A DNA stretch of 64,000 nucleotides, taken from assembly GCA_022865305.1 (NCBI GenBank), contig JALHSP010000160.1:6771-70770 (forward strand), given 5' to 3'. Positions 11,422-19,542 of this stretch are shown in pieces (positions within the stretch are counted from its first letter, which is position 1; every line of letters starts with the position of its first letter). Origin of the DNA: Bacteroidales bacterium (lineage in GTDB: Bacteria > Bacteroidota > Bacteroidia > Bacteroidales > VadinHA17). A program made the translations under genes and the position numbers. The notes beneath the pieces were generated by a model, which saw nothing but the letters and a program-made list of their open reading frames with translations, did no database searches and had not been told where the DNA came from.

Positions 11422-12925
11422 TCAGCGTGTGATCAGCGTGGTATGCAGTACGGCTGGTACAGCACCGATACGCGGTCCTCCCCAATCCGTCTCGTCTCCA
11501 TTACGGATACGCAGGAGCTTGAATGTCCCGTTCTCATACTTGCCCTCTTCGACCTTCATATATTGCCATGCCTTTCCGGCGTTGGAACCAATAGGACGGA
11601 ATGTGAAACGGCAAAGAGTTCCTATGAGAATAAACTCACTTTCCCCAAGTTGCACAATCATTGCCTTCCCTATCGGCCGGGGATTTTGTTGTACTGTGCG
11701 CCCGCTTGCGGCACTGAATGACACAATTGCCTGCCACTTTCCAAGATCGATTGTTTGCTCGGCGTGGTCTTCACGCTCAACAACAGCCTTGATCTTTCCT
11801 TCAAATGCCCATTTCGCCAATTCCCTCATTTGCCAGCACTGCATACAAATATCGTGTATATTCCTCGCCTGAGCCGATCTCTGGCACAAACAAGGCGTTG
11901 TCTGGACGAGAATACAACTCAATAACCTTCAATGCACGTTCGCTGTCGGACAAATAGATGTCCGGAGCCAGCAAGTCGATAGCAGGGGCTGCAGCTTTCC
12001 AGATTGGGATCACATTGTCGGTCGGGCCACCGCTCTCATACGTTGATGCACTGGGATTGCTTATTGGATCGCGCAGTGCTGCGTTGACATACAACGGCAA
12101 TTGATTCACTGCTTTACCTGCTGCCGCAATGTACCCGATGTACCGGGCGATTGACCATGCATGGAAATACTCATCAGCGTCGTTTCCGAAGGCCTCCTGC
12201 CAGGTACCTTTTGCATCGGCAGACTTGTTCAACGCCTTGAGAATTTCTGGCTTGAGCAGTTCCACCGGTACCTGTCCTTCAAACAGCTTTTGAGCATCTG
12301 CTGAATAATCCCGCACACTTCCCCATGATCCGGGCTCGTTTTGCACCTGCACCATCAGCACTGTATGCTGCGGGTCGGCTTTTTTCAAATGCCCCATCAC
12401 TGCAGCAAAAGCCTTTGCGTCGGCTTCCATCGCAGCCTGTGTGTGCGGCGAAGGTGAATCAACCGGCTTCCCATTCCGTCCTATAATGTTGGGATACTTC
12501 AAAGCATCACGCTTCATCCATTCGGGCATGTAGTGGTTACTGCCATTTTTCCAGGTGGCAAACCACAGAAGAACAAGGTGCACTTTACGCTTCCGTGCCT
12601 GAAAGAGAAGTGTATCAACGAGAGAGAAATTGAATTTCCCCTGTTGCGCTTCTATCTGTTCCCAGTAAATTGGCACTTCGAGCGTATTAGCATGCATCGT
12701 CTCAATTGCCGACCATACCTGTGGCAACATGGCTGGCCAGGCGCTGGAATTATGTGCTTGCCCGGCCAGCATAAAGAAAGGCTGTCCGTCTACCAGAAGG
12801 GCATGGCGGCTATTTTTTTCGACAATGCGGGGAACAGGATTTTCCTTTACCTGCGCGGACACCGTTAATGAAGCGACCACAAACAAAATTAATATGCTTA
12901 TAACAATAGACTTAGGTTGATGCAT
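11422..12925 (-). pseudogene. GH35-like / DUF5597-family glycoside hydrolase paralogue, disrupted by a deletion and frameshift
   Basis: ORF 11801..12925 (WEQIEAQQGKFNF..LWFATWKNGSNHY..VQVQNEPG) stops at ..ANEGIGEMGI. The C-terminal domain continues in another frame (11422..11922, RELAKWAFEGK...). The junction lies at 11805-11825, where GGAATTGGCG is read in both frames. Confidence 0.65.
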
Positions 12926-13174
12926 TGTAATTCCTCCTTATGTGATTAATTATGAATTTTGTGTTTTTTTAGAACCAAATCAGAAAGAATATTCCTGATA
13001 AAGTATTAAAATAGCGTTTTGTACACAGTCTTATAACAGTTTACCCCTTAAAAGTAGACATAAAATATTAAAGTACTTACCTGATTGGTATTATATAAGA
13101 TTGTGTATAATAGATATAAGTCCGTTTACTACCTAAGACACCTTGAAATAAATAATGGGGGGCAACCTACTTTC

Positions 13175-13230
13175 GAGACAGACAAATGGTCTTCGCCAGA
13201 TCGCATAAAGTTAGTCTGTCTCTTTTCTTT
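13175..13230 (+). terminator. Structured hairpin plus T-tract in a divergent intergenic region; candidate 3' end of a small RNA
   Basis: 9-bp stem GAGACAGAC (13175-13183) / GTCTGTCTC (13214-13222) encloses an inner GGTCT..AGATC stem and is followed by TTTTCTTT. No upstream + strand CDS exists for it to terminate. Confidence 0.3.
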
Positions 13231-13370
13231 CTCCAATAACCTTATGTTTAAATTAAACTTATTGTAAATATTTCAAAATAAATGAATTATGTTATGATTA
13301 TCAATATATTATTAGTATCTTACTGAATAGGTATTTTGAAGTTTGTTATTAATATACTTAAATATTTATT

Positions 13371-13666
13371 ATGGGAAACACAATTAATAAAACAAAAAAA
13401 GTAGAGATGCCCTGACATCAACATCTAAAGAAACGAAAAAGATAATTTCCGAGGTAGATATTCGGAATAGAGCATTTGAGATCTTTCAAGAGGATGTCAA
13501 TTCTTCTTCTACTGAACTGGATAATTGGTATTATGCTGAAAGAGAGTTGAACGGATATTATAAACAGGTTAATCTAATGATGCCCCTGTTGTACCCGATA
13601 TTTGTATTATGTGGTTCGGAAATTTTGCTAAATAATTGTCTAACCATAAAAGCCAATTTTATATGA
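13371..13666 (+). pseudogene. DUF2934-like small protein interrupted at an A7 homopolymer
   Basis: ATG 13371 reads MGNTINKTKKVEMP then TGA. The adjacent frame reads ..SRDALTSTSKETKKIISEVDIRNRAFEIFQEDVNSSSTELDNWYYAEREL.. (DUF2934-like W..AE.EL motif) as far as TGA 13664-13666. One extra A in the run 13394-13400 would join the two. Confidence 0.45.
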
Positions 13667-13893
13667 AACTTTTTGAATTCAAAGCTGTTGATAACTATGG
13701 AAATGAGTATACAATTTTCATTAATCCTGAATGTATTGAATCAATTTATACGGTTACGAATAAAAGCAGGATTGGAATAAGTCTGGTTTCTGGAAATTCG
13801 GTTGAGGTTAATCATACTCTTAAAGAGGTTAAAAAGAAATTAGGTATTGATATTGAAAGCACGGATTATAAACGCACTGACCAAACCCATTAA
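13663..13893 (+). CDS. Hypothetical 76-aa protein
   Basis: ATG 13663 overlaps the upstream stop in an ATGA arrangement. The listed TTG start at 13636 is less likely. No family recognised. Confidence 0.4.
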   Translation: MKLFEFKAVDNYGNEYTIFINPECIESIYTVTNKSRIGISLVSGNSVEVNHTLKEVKKKLGIDIESTDYKRTDQTH

Positions 13894-13956
13894 ATAGTTC
13901 CTTCTCTTGCATATCTAAAACAAGTATTATGAAAAAGGCCAAATGTGGTCAAGAGG

Positions 13957-14097
13957 TCAGGCTGCCGTAATCATTTTCTGAAAATCAGAAGACTGAACAG
14001 ATACTTCAGGCTGTGGTGGTAGTGCAGGTGCTTTTGGCTTACAGGCAAATCCAAGTACGGTAAAGAGAACTGATAAGATCAAGATCTTTGTTTTCAT
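13957..14097 (-). CDS. Candidate 46-aa lipoprotein (not in the supplied ORF track)
   Basis: My translation is MKTKILILSVLFTVLGFACKPKAPALPPQPEVSVQSSDFQKMITAA: a signal peptide ending in Cys followed by a Pro-rich linker. It is short and I have no homology support. Confidence 0.35.
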   Translation of the reverse strand: MKTKILILSVLFTVLGFACKPKAPALPPQPEVSVQSSDFQKMITAA

Positions 14098-14195
14098 TTT
14101 TATATGTAGTTTATGATTAAATATAATAGCTTTTATCAGCTAAAGCCAATAATCTTTATAAACAAGTTAGTTAAAGATATAAATACAGAAAATAA

Positions 14196-14203
14196 TAACT
14201 TTG
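14196..14203 (+). promoter_or_regulatory. Bacteroidota -7 box TAnnTTTG (TAACTTTG) upstream of hcp
   Basis: Exact match to the consensus, 33 nt before ATG 14236. Confidence 0.4.
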
Positions 14204-14235
14204 TAATTTAACCCCAAATCTTAAATATTATATAT

Positions 14236-15867
14236 ATGTTTTGCAACCAATGCCAGGAAACAGCCAAAAATACAGGCTGTACAATTAATGGTGTTTGCGG
14301 TAAAAAAGAAGATACTGCAAATATTCAGGATTTGTTAATTTTCGCATGCCAGGGGCTTGCCTTCACAACAATTGAGGCTCGAAAGAAAGGGCTAAATACA
14401 AACACTGAAAGCAGGCACATTACGAACTGTCTGTTTATGACTATCACAAATGCCAATTTTGATGACAAAACAATTATTCAGGCAATTAAGGATTGTATAA
14501 ATTACCGTGACAATCTGAAGTATAAAGCAAATATCACTGAAAAGCACAGTACAACTGAATGGAAGGGAACTGACTATCCGGAATTTTATGAAAAGGCGAA
14601 ACAGGTTAGCACTTTGTACTATGACTCTGACGAAGATATTCGTGCTTTGAAGCAATATGCACTATTCGGCATTAAAGGGATAGCTGCATATGCTGAACAT
14701 GCTTTTAATCTGGGTTTTGAACAACCCGACATCTATGACTTCATGGAAGAAACTCTTCTGATGATAACCAAACCAATGGATTTGAACGGTATGTTGGATT
14801 GGATCAAACGAACAGGGGAACATGGGGTTAAGGTAATGGCTTTACTGGATAATGCAAACACTAAAACATTTGGTACCCCTGAAATATCAAAAGTTAATAT
14901 TGGAGTAGGCAAGAATCCGGGGATTCTGGTAAGCGGACACGACCTGAAAGATATAGAACAACTATTAATTCAAACCGAAGGAAAAGGGATTGATATTTAT
15001 ACTCACTCTGAGATGCTTCCATCGCACGCCTATCCCTCTTTAAAAAAATATAAACATCTTGCCGGTAACTATGGTAATGCATGGCACAGGCAACTTGATG
15101 AATTTGAAACTTTCAACGGTCCTATTCTTTTTACCTCAAACTGTCTGGTCCCTCCGCGTAAGTCGACAACATATAATCATAAAGTATTCACAACCGGGGC
15201 TACTGGAATGCCTGAATGGAAATATATTGACAGGAAGTTGGCAAATGGCCAGAAAGATTTTTCGGAAATTATAGAATTAGCAACGAAATGCCAGCCGCCA
15301 CAAGAGATTGAAAAGGGAGAAATAACCATAGGTTTTGCTCATAACCAGGTTTTATCGCTTGCAGACAAGATTCTGGAAGCTGTGAATTCCGGAGCTATAA
15401 AAAAGCTGGTTGTAATGTCAGGTTGCGACGCACGTCAGAAAAGCCGCGACTATTATACTGAATTCGCAAAGCAAATTCCAAAAGATACAGTAATTCTTAC
15501 CTCAGGTTGTGCAAAATATCGCTACAATAAATTGAACCTGGGTGAAATTAATGGTATTCCAAGAGTGCTGGATGCCGGTCAGTGTAATGATTCCTATTCA
15601 TGGGCATTTGTTGCACTTAAACTTAAAGAAGTCCTTAAATTAGATGATATAAATAAATTACCAATTGTCTTCAATATAGCATGGTATGAACAGAAAGCAA
15701 TAATTGTTCATCTTGCATTGCTCTATCTTGGAATTAAAAATACGCATATAGGCCCGACTCTTCCAGGATTCATGACATCTAATGTTTTGAAAATTGTTCA
15801 GGACAGCTTTGGAGTACAGACTATTAAAACAGTTGAAGAAGACATGAAGATTTTTGGATTTAACTAA
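14236..15867 (+). CDS. hcp: Hydroxylamine reductase / hybrid-cluster protein
   Basis: N-terminal Cys cluster [19 protein letters not shown] and full length (543 aa) are typical of Hcp. Confidence 0.95.
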   Translation: MFCNQCQETAKNTGCTINGVCGKKEDTANIQDLLIFACQGLAFTTIEARKKGLNTNTESRHITNCLFMTITNANFDDKTIIQAIKDCINYRDNLKYKANITEKHSTTEWKGTDYPEFYEKAKQVSTLYYDSDEDIRALKQYALFGIKGIAAYAEHAFNLGFEQPDIYDFMEETLLMITKPMDLNGMLDWIKRTGEHGVKVMALLDNANTKTFGTPEISKVNIGVGKNPGILVSGHDLKDIEQLLIQTEGKGIDIYTHSEMLPSHAYPSLKKYKHLAGNYGNAWHRQLDEFETFNGPILFTSNCLVPPRKSTTYNHKVFTTGATGMPEWKYIDRKLANGQKDFSEIIELATKCQPPQEIEKGEITIGFAHNQVLSLADKILEAVNSGAIKKLVVMSGCDARQKSRDYYTEFAKQIPKDTVILTSGCAKYRYNKLNLGEINGIPRVLDAGQCNDSYSWAFVALKLKEVLKLDDINKLPIVFNIAWYEQKAIIVHLALLYLGIKNTHIGPTLPGFMTSNVLKIVQDSFGVQTIKTVEEDMKIFGFN

Positions 15868-15880
15868 AAAATCTGCCGGA

Positions 15881-15991
15881 ATGGAAAACGATGTTGTAAT
15901 ATGTAATTGTAATGAAATTTACAAAAGTGCGATAGTAAAAGCAATCAGGGAGCACGGCATCAGTATTTTCCTGTTATATATTATAAAGTAA
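15881..15991 (+). pseudogene. Truncated BFD-like [2Fe-2S]-binding domain relic (36 codons)
   Basis: MENDVVICNCNEIYKSAIVKAIREHGIS matches the first half of BFD-like domains (CxC pair). The second Cys pair is absent and the tail IFLLYIIK looks non-native. Confidence 0.35.
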
Positions 15992-16001
15992 TGCGTTTGT
16001 C

Positions 16002-17261
16002 GTGAAAAAAAGAATAATTGTAGTTGGCGGCGGGTTTGCGGGATTGCAATTTATTAAAAACCTCAGGGAAGGATCATTCGAAATAGTTCTTATTGACCGG
16101 CTGAACCATCACCAGTTTCAGCCACTGTTCTATCAGGTTGCCACTTCTCAGATTGAACCTTCAAGCATTTCTTTCCCATTAAGAAAAATATTTCAAAAAA
16201 GAAATGACATCAATATCAGATTAACTGAGGTATTATCAGTCGATCCGGAAAATAATTCAATTATTACTTCAGCAGGCAATTTCAGTTTTGATTACCTCGT
16301 TATTGCAACCGGATGCAAAACTAATTTTTTTGGTAATGAAGCGATAATGAAAAATGCCTTAAGTCTAAAAACAACCAATGAGGCAATAAAAATCCGGAAT
16401 GTAATACTTGAAAATTTTGAAAATATCCTTAACTCAGACAACAAAGGAAATGAAGGTTTATTCAATATCATTATTGTGGGTGGTGGGCCTACAGGGGTTG
16501 AATTATCAGGAGCATTTGCTGAAATTAAAAGAGATATTCTGCCTAAAGATTACCCGGGAATAGATTTTTCAAGGTTACAAATTTTTCTATTGGAAGGAAG
16601 CCCTTATACTCTTGGTACAATGAGCTATATGGCAAAAAGAGCATCTGAAAAATATCTAAGAAAACTTGGGGTAATTCTAAAAACAGGAGTATTTGTTCAA
16701 AATTATGATGGCGACAAGCTGACATTAAGCAATGGGGAAACTCTTAAAAGCAAAAATGTAATATGGGCTGCAGGAATAACCGGAAACATAATAAAGGGGT
16801 TATCATCTGAAGTAATCACAGGATCAAACCGTCTTAAAGTTGACAGGATGAATAGAGTGACGGGGTATAAGAACATATATGCTATTGGTGATATTGCTTA
16901 TATGGAAACACCTAAATATCCGCAAGGACATCCACAGGTGGCCAATGTGGCCATCAACCAGGGAAAGAATCTTGCACGTAACTTCAGATCCATTCAGAAT
17001 GGTGAAAAACTGACTGAATATGAGTACAAAGATTTAGGTTCAATGGCTACTGTCGGAAGAAACAAAGCCATCGTAGATCTTCCATTCATCAGATTCAAGG
17101 GTTACTTTGCCTGGTATGTATGGATGTTCCTGCATCTTATGCTTATTTTAAGTGTCAGGAACAAACTGATCATTTTTATTAACTGGGCATGGAATTATTT
17201 TACAAAAAACAGTTCTTTAAGGCTTATTATAAAGGTAGAGGGGAAAAATAACGACCATTAA
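16002..17261 (+). CDS. ndh: Type II NADH dehydrogenase (NDH-2) family FAD-dependent oxidoreductase
   Basis: Two dinucleotide-binding motifs (VVGGGFAGL, IIIVGGGPTGVE) and IYAIGD, plus a hydrophobic C-terminus. GTG start. Confidence 0.85.
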   Translation: MKKRIIVVGGGFAGLQFIKNLREGSFEIVLIDRLNHHQFQPLFYQVATSQIEPSSISFPLRKIFQKRNDINIRLTEVLSVDPENNSIITSAGNFSFDYLVIATGCKTNFFGNEAIMKNALSLKTTNEAIKIRNVILENFENILNSDNKGNEGLFNIIIVGGGPTGVELSGAFAEIKRDILPKDYPGIDFSRLQIFLLEGSPYTLGTMSYMAKRASEKYLRKLGVILKTGVFVQNYDGDKLTLSNGETLKSKNVIWAAGITGNIIKGLSSEVITGSNRLKVDRMNRVTGYKNIYAIGDIAYMETPKYPQGHPQVANVAINQGKNLARNFRSIQNGEKLTEYEYKDLGSMATVGRNKAIVDLPFIRFKGYFAWYVWMFLHLMLILSVRNKLIIFINWAWNYFTKNSSLRLIIKVEGKNNDH

Positions 17262-17422
17262 TTAACCGAATTTAAGCAAGGCCAGAGACTGTTATGCTTC
17301 AACTCTATGGCATGAAGCGGATTGAAGCAATTCAAAATCAGCCAGTGACGAATCTGGAACTGGCAAAAACTGCCCTAATTAGCCATTTCACTGTTTTTTG
17401 CTATATAGCTTGTTAAAGTGAG

Positions 17423-18148
17423 TTATTCTATCATAATAGCAATCTGGTAAAAATTATTAACCCCACCTAATACCTTATATTTTATATAGAATGAACTACT
17501 CCACTCTTTTAAAGCTTTAAATTCATGCAGGGGGACACTAAATTCGTCAAAAAATATTACGTCCCCTGATTTAAGGAAATGGGTAATTAAAGCTAAGACA
17601 TAAAGAGTTGCAGAATATATATCTGCATCCATATGTATAACCTTTCTTTTATCAGATTTATAATTATTTAAAAATGGTATTAATGTTTGTTGAAAAAGAC
17701 CCTGGTAAAATTTATGTCTGTTATCATCAATTTCGGGTGGTTCATTTCCACTGCCCATGTCACCTTTTTTATAGGGACCCCATGCTTCTGGAAGTCCGGA
17801 AAAAGTGTCAAAACCATAAAATTTTGCGTTTGCATTTTTTATACGATCAATCCACCATCTGAAAGAAATCCCGTTAGAAACTCCGAATTCAAGATAATCA
17901 ATATCAGTATCTAAATTAAAAGTTGTTATTACTTGTTCATAGAGAGATTCACGTTTCTTATAATTAAATTTTAATGTGTAAAAATCGTTTGAGCAGTCAT
18001 TTTTGTATTTTGAAATCCATTTTGATAACTCAGCAAGATTTGCAAAGAAATGAAATAGCTTAATTGGTATAAGTCTATCCATTCTTATAACAAAAAATAA
18101 ACCTTTTAGTTTACCTGGGATTCTAATCATCATGTTTCTGATACTCAT
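17423..18148 (-). CDS. Class I SAM-dependent methyltransferase, TylF/macrocin-O-methyltransferase-like
   Basis: LEFGVSNGIS, FYGFDTFSGLPE, HMDADIYSATLYVL and GDVIFFDEF follow the TylF-family pattern. AT-rich, stand-alone gene. Confidence 0.6.
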   Translation of the reverse strand: MSIRNMMIRIPGKLKGLFFVIRMDRLIPIKLFHFFANLAELSKWISKYKNDCSNDFYTLKFNYKKRESLYEQVITTFNLDTDIDYLEFGVSNGISFRWWIDRIKNANAKFYGFDTFSGLPEAWGPYKKGDMGSGNEPPEIDDNRHKFYQGLFQQTLIPFLNNYKSDKRKVIHMDADIYSATLYVLALITHFLKSGDVIFFDEFSVPLHEFKALKEWSSSFYIKYKVLGGVNNFYQIAIMIE

Positions 18149-18242
18149 AACATTTTATTTAATTAATACCGTCGTGTAAATCTAATTCATCCATTTATTC
18201 AAGTAGCTGTTGGTTTGAAAATTGTGCGTGAAATTCGCTGAC

Positions 18243-19472
18243 TTAATTTATCTTATACATTATCAGGTTTTCAGCATCCTTGACATAAATTATATTACCT
18301 GCAATTACCGGAAATGCATAAACAGGTGTTTCGGACACCTTATATTTTGCAATTTCCGTATAGGCTGCCGGATCAGCTTTAAATACTATAAGGTTACCTG
18401 TGCTTGCCAACCCTATGATTACATATCCACAATCAACAATTGTCCCAAAATCGCTGTTGACTGCATTGTCTATCCATGCTGTCTGACCTGTGGATGCGTT
18501 AATGCAATAGATCCTCCGCTGGTCAGAAAAGCCGAAAAGAAATCCATCCTTCAGTATTGGAGTACAGAATTTAGCACCAGCAGCCGGATTGTTCCACAGC
18601 TCATTGATTTTATACTGAGCACCATCTTTAGATATTTGTAATGTTTTTGTACCGGACCCGGAACCTGTAAAAAAAATTGTCTGCCCGTTGATAACCGGAC
18701 TTACCGCATTAAAGAATCTCTGCTGGGTGATTGCGTCTGTTTTCCATGCCAGTTTCCCATCAGTGCAGTTAAGGGCCAGAAAGCTTTTCTCAGTTGCAAA
18801 GACCAGCAGTTTCGTTTTGTCAATAGTCAGAATGGAAGGTGATCCGTAAGCTGGTCCCTCGCCTGTATATTTCCATCTTTCATTACCCGTATTAATATCG
18901 TAGGCGCACACATATCCATTATCCTTGCCACCCAGCTGTACAATAACTTTTCCATCAGTAATAATGGGTGAAATACCTCCAAAAAACTGGGTTGCAGGAA
19001 AAAGCAGATCTTCCTTATGCCACAATAGTTTTCCGGTAGTGGCATCAAGGCAGGACAAGGTTCCCGCAACACCGACGGTAAACACCTTACCTCCTGCCAC
19101 AACAGGAGTGCTTCTTGGGCCGGAATGAGATGAGGAAGGACCTGTGACAGCAGGTGCTGCATAACTGTATCTCCACAATTCTTTTCCGGATAAAGCATTA
19201 AGACAAAGCACAATTTCCTCAGCCCCCTGCCTGGTATGGAGATAAATATTCTTTCCTGCTAGTACTGGTGTTGCATCACCAGTACCAACATTAATTTTCC
19301 ATAGTTGTGTCAATTCTGCCGGCCAGGAAGCTGGATTTTTGAAGCCTGTCACTTTACTGTCACGTCCGGGTCCTCTGAACTGAGGCCAGTCCTGGGAAAA
19401 CAAAGTCGTTGAATTTAAAAGAATTATGATCAAAGTGTTTAAAAGAAGGTTAGTTTTTTTCATTATTTTCAC
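18243..19472 (-). CDS. Secreted PQQ-like beta-propeller repeat protein (BamB-like fold)
   Basis: Signal peptide, then DWPQFRGPGRDS and repeated G..LW.. propeller blades. Confidence 0.75.
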   Translation of the reverse strand: MKIMKKTNLLLNTLIIILLNSTTLFSQDWPQFRGPGRDSKVTGFKNPASWPAELTQLWKINVGTGDATPVLAGKNIYLHTRQGAEEIVLCLNALSGKELWRYSYAAPAVTGPSSSHSGPRSTPVVAGGKVFTVGVAGTLSCLDATTGKLLWHKEDLLFPATQFFGGISPIITDGKVIVQLGGKDNGYVCAYDINTGNERWKYTGEGPAYGSPSILTIDKTKLLVFATEKSFLALNCTDGKLAWKTDAITQQRFFNAVSPVINGQTIFFTGSGSGTKTLQISKDGAQYKINELWNNPAAGAKFCTPILKDGFLFGFSDQRRIYCINASTGQTAWIDNAVNSDFGTIVDCGYVIIGLASTGNLIVFKADPAAYTEIAKYKVSETPVYAFPVIAGNIIYVKDAENLIMYKIN

Positions 19473-19498
19473 TTTTAGATAAAAACAATTGAATGGAA

Positions 19499-19519
19499 AG
19501 GCTGCCTGTCAGGCAGCCT
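19499..19519 (-). terminator. GC-rich hairpin downstream of the GH20 gene
   Basis: Near-perfect palindrome AGGCTGCCTG-T-CAGGCAGCCT, 24 nt past the GH20 stop. The T-tract is weak. Confidence 0.5.
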
Positions 19520-19542
19520 AACTTAGTCCACAAAAGCCAATA

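Noticed and set aside
13085-13267. The 60-aa TTG-start ORF in the AT-rich islet.
   Set aside because: It has a low-complexity translation and a non-ATG start, and it spans the nested hairpin and T-tract. It is more likely non-coding.
14127-14142. The palindrome TAGCT-N6-AGCTA upstream of hcp as an HcpR/FNR-type site.
   Set aside because: The arms are only 5 bp and differ from the FNR/CRP-type half-sites I remember. Such a match is plausible by chance in AT-rich DNA. I cannot recall the Bacteroidota HcpR consensus reliably enough to call it.
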